A model generated the notes under the pieces. That model was not told where the DNA came from. It was given only the letters and a program-made list of their open reading frames with translations, and did no database searches. The translations under genes and the position numbers were made by a program. From an uncultured Dehalococcoidia bacterium (GTDB lineage Bacteria > Chloroflexota > Dehalococcoidia > Lucifugimonadales > UBA1127), in assembly GCA_951812285.1 (NCBI GenBank), contig OX638292.1, forward strand, positions 1,387,279-1,451,278: a stretch of 64,000 bases of DNA, in the 5' to 3' direction. Position 1 is the first letter of the stretch, and every line of letters starts with the position of its first letter. This document shows, piece by piece, positions 62,169 to 64,000 of the stretch.

Positions 62169-62236
62169 CGAGCCTTGCAGCGCGAGCACGGGGAATCCGG
62201 GCCGGCCCTTCGACAGGCTCAGGGCGAACGGATGCA
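62169..62236. repeat. REP-like unit between the qor paralogs
   Basis: GGCCCTTCGACAGGCTCAGGGCGAACGG, the same family as 48965-48995. Confidence 0.7.
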
Positions 62237-62248
62237 TTGCGAGGAGTC

Positions 62249-63214
62249 ATGAAGGCGGTAAAGGTATTCGAGGCGGGCGGTCCAGAGGTTCTGATCTACA
62301 CGGACGTGGAGGAACCGACGCCCGGGCGCGGCGAGGCGCTCGTCGAGCTGAAGGCGGCGGGCGTCAACTACCGGGACGTCTACGAGCGCTCCGGCGAGTA
62401 CAACGTGCCCATGCCATTCATTCCCGGCAACGAGGGAGCGGGCGTCGTCGTTGAGGTGGGCGAGGGCGTGAGCGAGTTCTCGGTGGGGGAACGGGTCACC
62501 TACAACTCAGCGCGGTACTCGTATGCGGAAAGGGTCGTGGCGCAGGTGTCGCGGCTCATCAAGATGCCGGACGACATGGACATCGAGCTGGGGGCGGCGG
62601 CGACGCTGCAGGGCATAACGGCGCACTTCCTCTCGCAGTCCGTCTACCCACTCAAAGAGGGCGACACAGCGCTGGTGCACTCTGGCGCGGGTGGTGTCGG
62701 GCTGCTGCTCATCCAGATGGCGAAGATGCGGGGCGCGACGGTCATCACGACGGTCTCGACGGGCGAAAAGGCGGAGATTGCAAAGGGCGCCGGCGCGGAC
62801 CACGCCGTGCTGTACATGGAGCAGGACTTCGTGGAGGAGGTCAGCTGCATCACCGGGGGCAAAGGGGTGAACGTCGTGTACGACGCCGTCGGTGCGGTCA
62901 CCTTCGACGGGGGGCTCGAGGTCCTGGCGCCGCGGGGCATGATGGCACTCTACGGGCAGGCGAGCGGGCCGGTGCCGACGCTGGACGTCGCGAAAATCGG
63001 CGCGAAGTCGCTCGTCTTCACGCGGACAGGCGGGAACGCCTTTACGCAGACGCGGGAGGAGCTGGAGTGGCGGGCCGGCGAGGTGCTGGGCTGGGTGCAG
63101 TCGGGCAAGCTCGACGTGAGGGTGCATGGGCGCTTCGCGCTGTCGGACGCGGAGGAGGCGCACCGGCAGCTACAGGGGCGACTGACGACGGGGAAGCTGC
63201 TGTTGATTCCTTAA
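62249..63214 (+). CDS. qor: NADPH:quinone oxidoreductase, paralog 2
   Basis: Start at MKAVKVFEAGGPEVL, by homology with paralog 1 (MKAVQVSVAGGPEVL). The last ~150 nt of the two genes are nearly identical. Confidence 0.87.
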   Translation: MKAVKVFEAGGPEVLIYTDVEEPTPGRGEALVELKAAGVNYRDVYERSGEYNVPMPFIPGNEGAGVVVEVGEGVSEFSVGERVTYNSARYSYAERVVAQVSRLIKMPDDMDIELGAAATLQGITAHFLSQSVYPLKEGDTALVHSGAGGVGLLLIQMAKMRGATVITTVSTGEKAEIAKGAGADHAVLYMEQDFVEEVSCITGGKGVNVVYDAVGAVTFDGGLEVLAPRGMMALYGQASGPVPTLDVAKIGAKSLVFTRTGGNAFTQTREELEWRAGEVLGWVQSGKLDVRVHGRFALSDAEEAHRQLQGRLTTGKLLLIP

Positions 63215-63338
63215 GGGAATGTCAAGTATTGCGATTCGGTTCTAGCGTGCGCACGCGGAGTGGAGTACACTCGCGGGCAAGTTTGGGCTACACGCCAGGG
63301 TCGTTGGAAAGCGGATAGACTCACGAGGAGGCTCAGGA

Positions 63339-64000
63339 ATGCTGACCACGCAAGAGACGGAATACCTCTGCAGAGTGGGCCCCGGCACGCCGATGGGCAA
63401 CCTGATGCGGCGATACTGGCACCCGATACTGCTCTCGAAGGAACTGCCTGAGCCGGATGGCGCGCCGCTGCGTGCTCGCTTGCTGGGCGAGGACCTTGTG
63501 GCGTTCCGCGACAGCAACGGCGACGTTGGGTTGCTCGACAACTACTGCCCGCACCGCAGGGCGAGCCTGTTCTTCGGCCGGAACGAGGAGGCCGGGCTGC
63601 GCTGCGTGTACCACGGCTGGAAGTTCGACACGACGGGCTCGTGCGTCGACATGCCGTCGGAGCCGGCGGAGAGCAACTTCAAGGACAAGGTGAAGGTCAA
63701 GGCTTACCCGGCCAAGGAAGCGGGCGGGCTGATCTGGACCTACATGGGGCCGCCAGAGCATGAGCCGCCACTCCCGTTGCTGGAGTACAACACGCTGCCG
63801 CTGGACCACGTCTCCGTGTCCAAGCTGCGGTACGAGTCCAACTACGTGCAGGTCGTCGAGGGCGACATCGACACGGTTCACGCGTCGCTGCTGCACAGCC
63901 GGCTGGACTGCCTGGATACGGCCCCCACGGCCGCGACGCTGGCGGGGAGGTACCAGTTCCCGGACCGGGCGCCGAAGTTCTTCGTGGAGGACACGGACGG
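63339..64000 (+). CDS. Rieske non-heme iron oxygenase alpha subunit (phthalate-dioxygenase-like), 5' part; runs off the right edge
   Basis: Not in the ORF track because it has no stop. ATG 63339 lies 8 nt after GAGGAGG. MLTTQETEYLCRVGPGTPMGNLMRRYWHPILLS...NYCPHRRASLFFGRNEEAGLRCVYHGWKFD (Rieske CxH...CxxH). Confidence 0.85.
   Translation, partial: MLTTQETEYLCRVGPGTPMGNLMRRYWHPILLSKELPEPDGAPLRARLLGEDLVAFRDSNGDVGLLDNYCPHRRASLFFGRNEEAGLRCVYHGWKFDTTGSCVDMPSEPAESNFKDKVKVKAYPAKEAGGLIWTYMGPPEHEPPLPLLEYNTLPLDHVSVSKLRYESNYVQVVEGDIDTVHASLLHSRLDCLDTAPTAATLAGRYQFPDRAPKFFVEDTD

Overview
High-GC (about 60-65% by eye) bacterial chromosomal window, densely coding on both strands. Gene content suggests a Chloroflexota/SAR202-like organism: many DinB, LLM/F420, MetE-like, Rieske and PhtD-like genes, plus GC-rich hairpin repeats in most intergenic gaps. 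That taxonomic call is inference only. Housekeeping genes recognised: folC, fabF, pyrG, rho, glyQS, rnhB, mnmA, asd, dapA, dapB, pnp, rpsO, folD, cobO, rnd and panD. Also present are tRNA-Arg(CCG), tRNA-Pro(UGG) and tRNA-Thr(CGU), and a phoP/phoR-pstSCA phosphate locus with phased TTAACC boxes but no pstB. Accessory content includes a MazF-type and a VapBC/Phd-type toxin-antitoxin pair, an SbcD-like nuclease without SbcC, and an orphan molybdopterin subunit bracketed by repeats. There is also a catabolic-looking island: two MetE-like genes, a PhtD-like gene, SnoaL, an alpha/beta hydrolase and an MFS transporter. Tandem paralog pairs occur (DinB/MDMPI-like, quinone oxidoreductases, methyltransferases). 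The strongest candidate for something new is the operon at 57.4-60.2 kb. There panD overlaps an SDMT/GSMT-like N-methyltransferase and is followed by two tandem paralogous methyltransferases, next to MFS and Kef-type transporters. I propose a beta-alanine N-methylation (beta-alanine betaine) osmolyte pathway. A second recurring signal is a set of AT-rich intergenic islands sharing a GTA(G/T)CTG / CAG(A/C)TAC(A/G)A motif with nested inverted repeats. No rRNA, CRISPR array, transposase or integrase was seen. Many long ORFs in the track are antisense or repeat-derived shadows of this GC-rich sequence.
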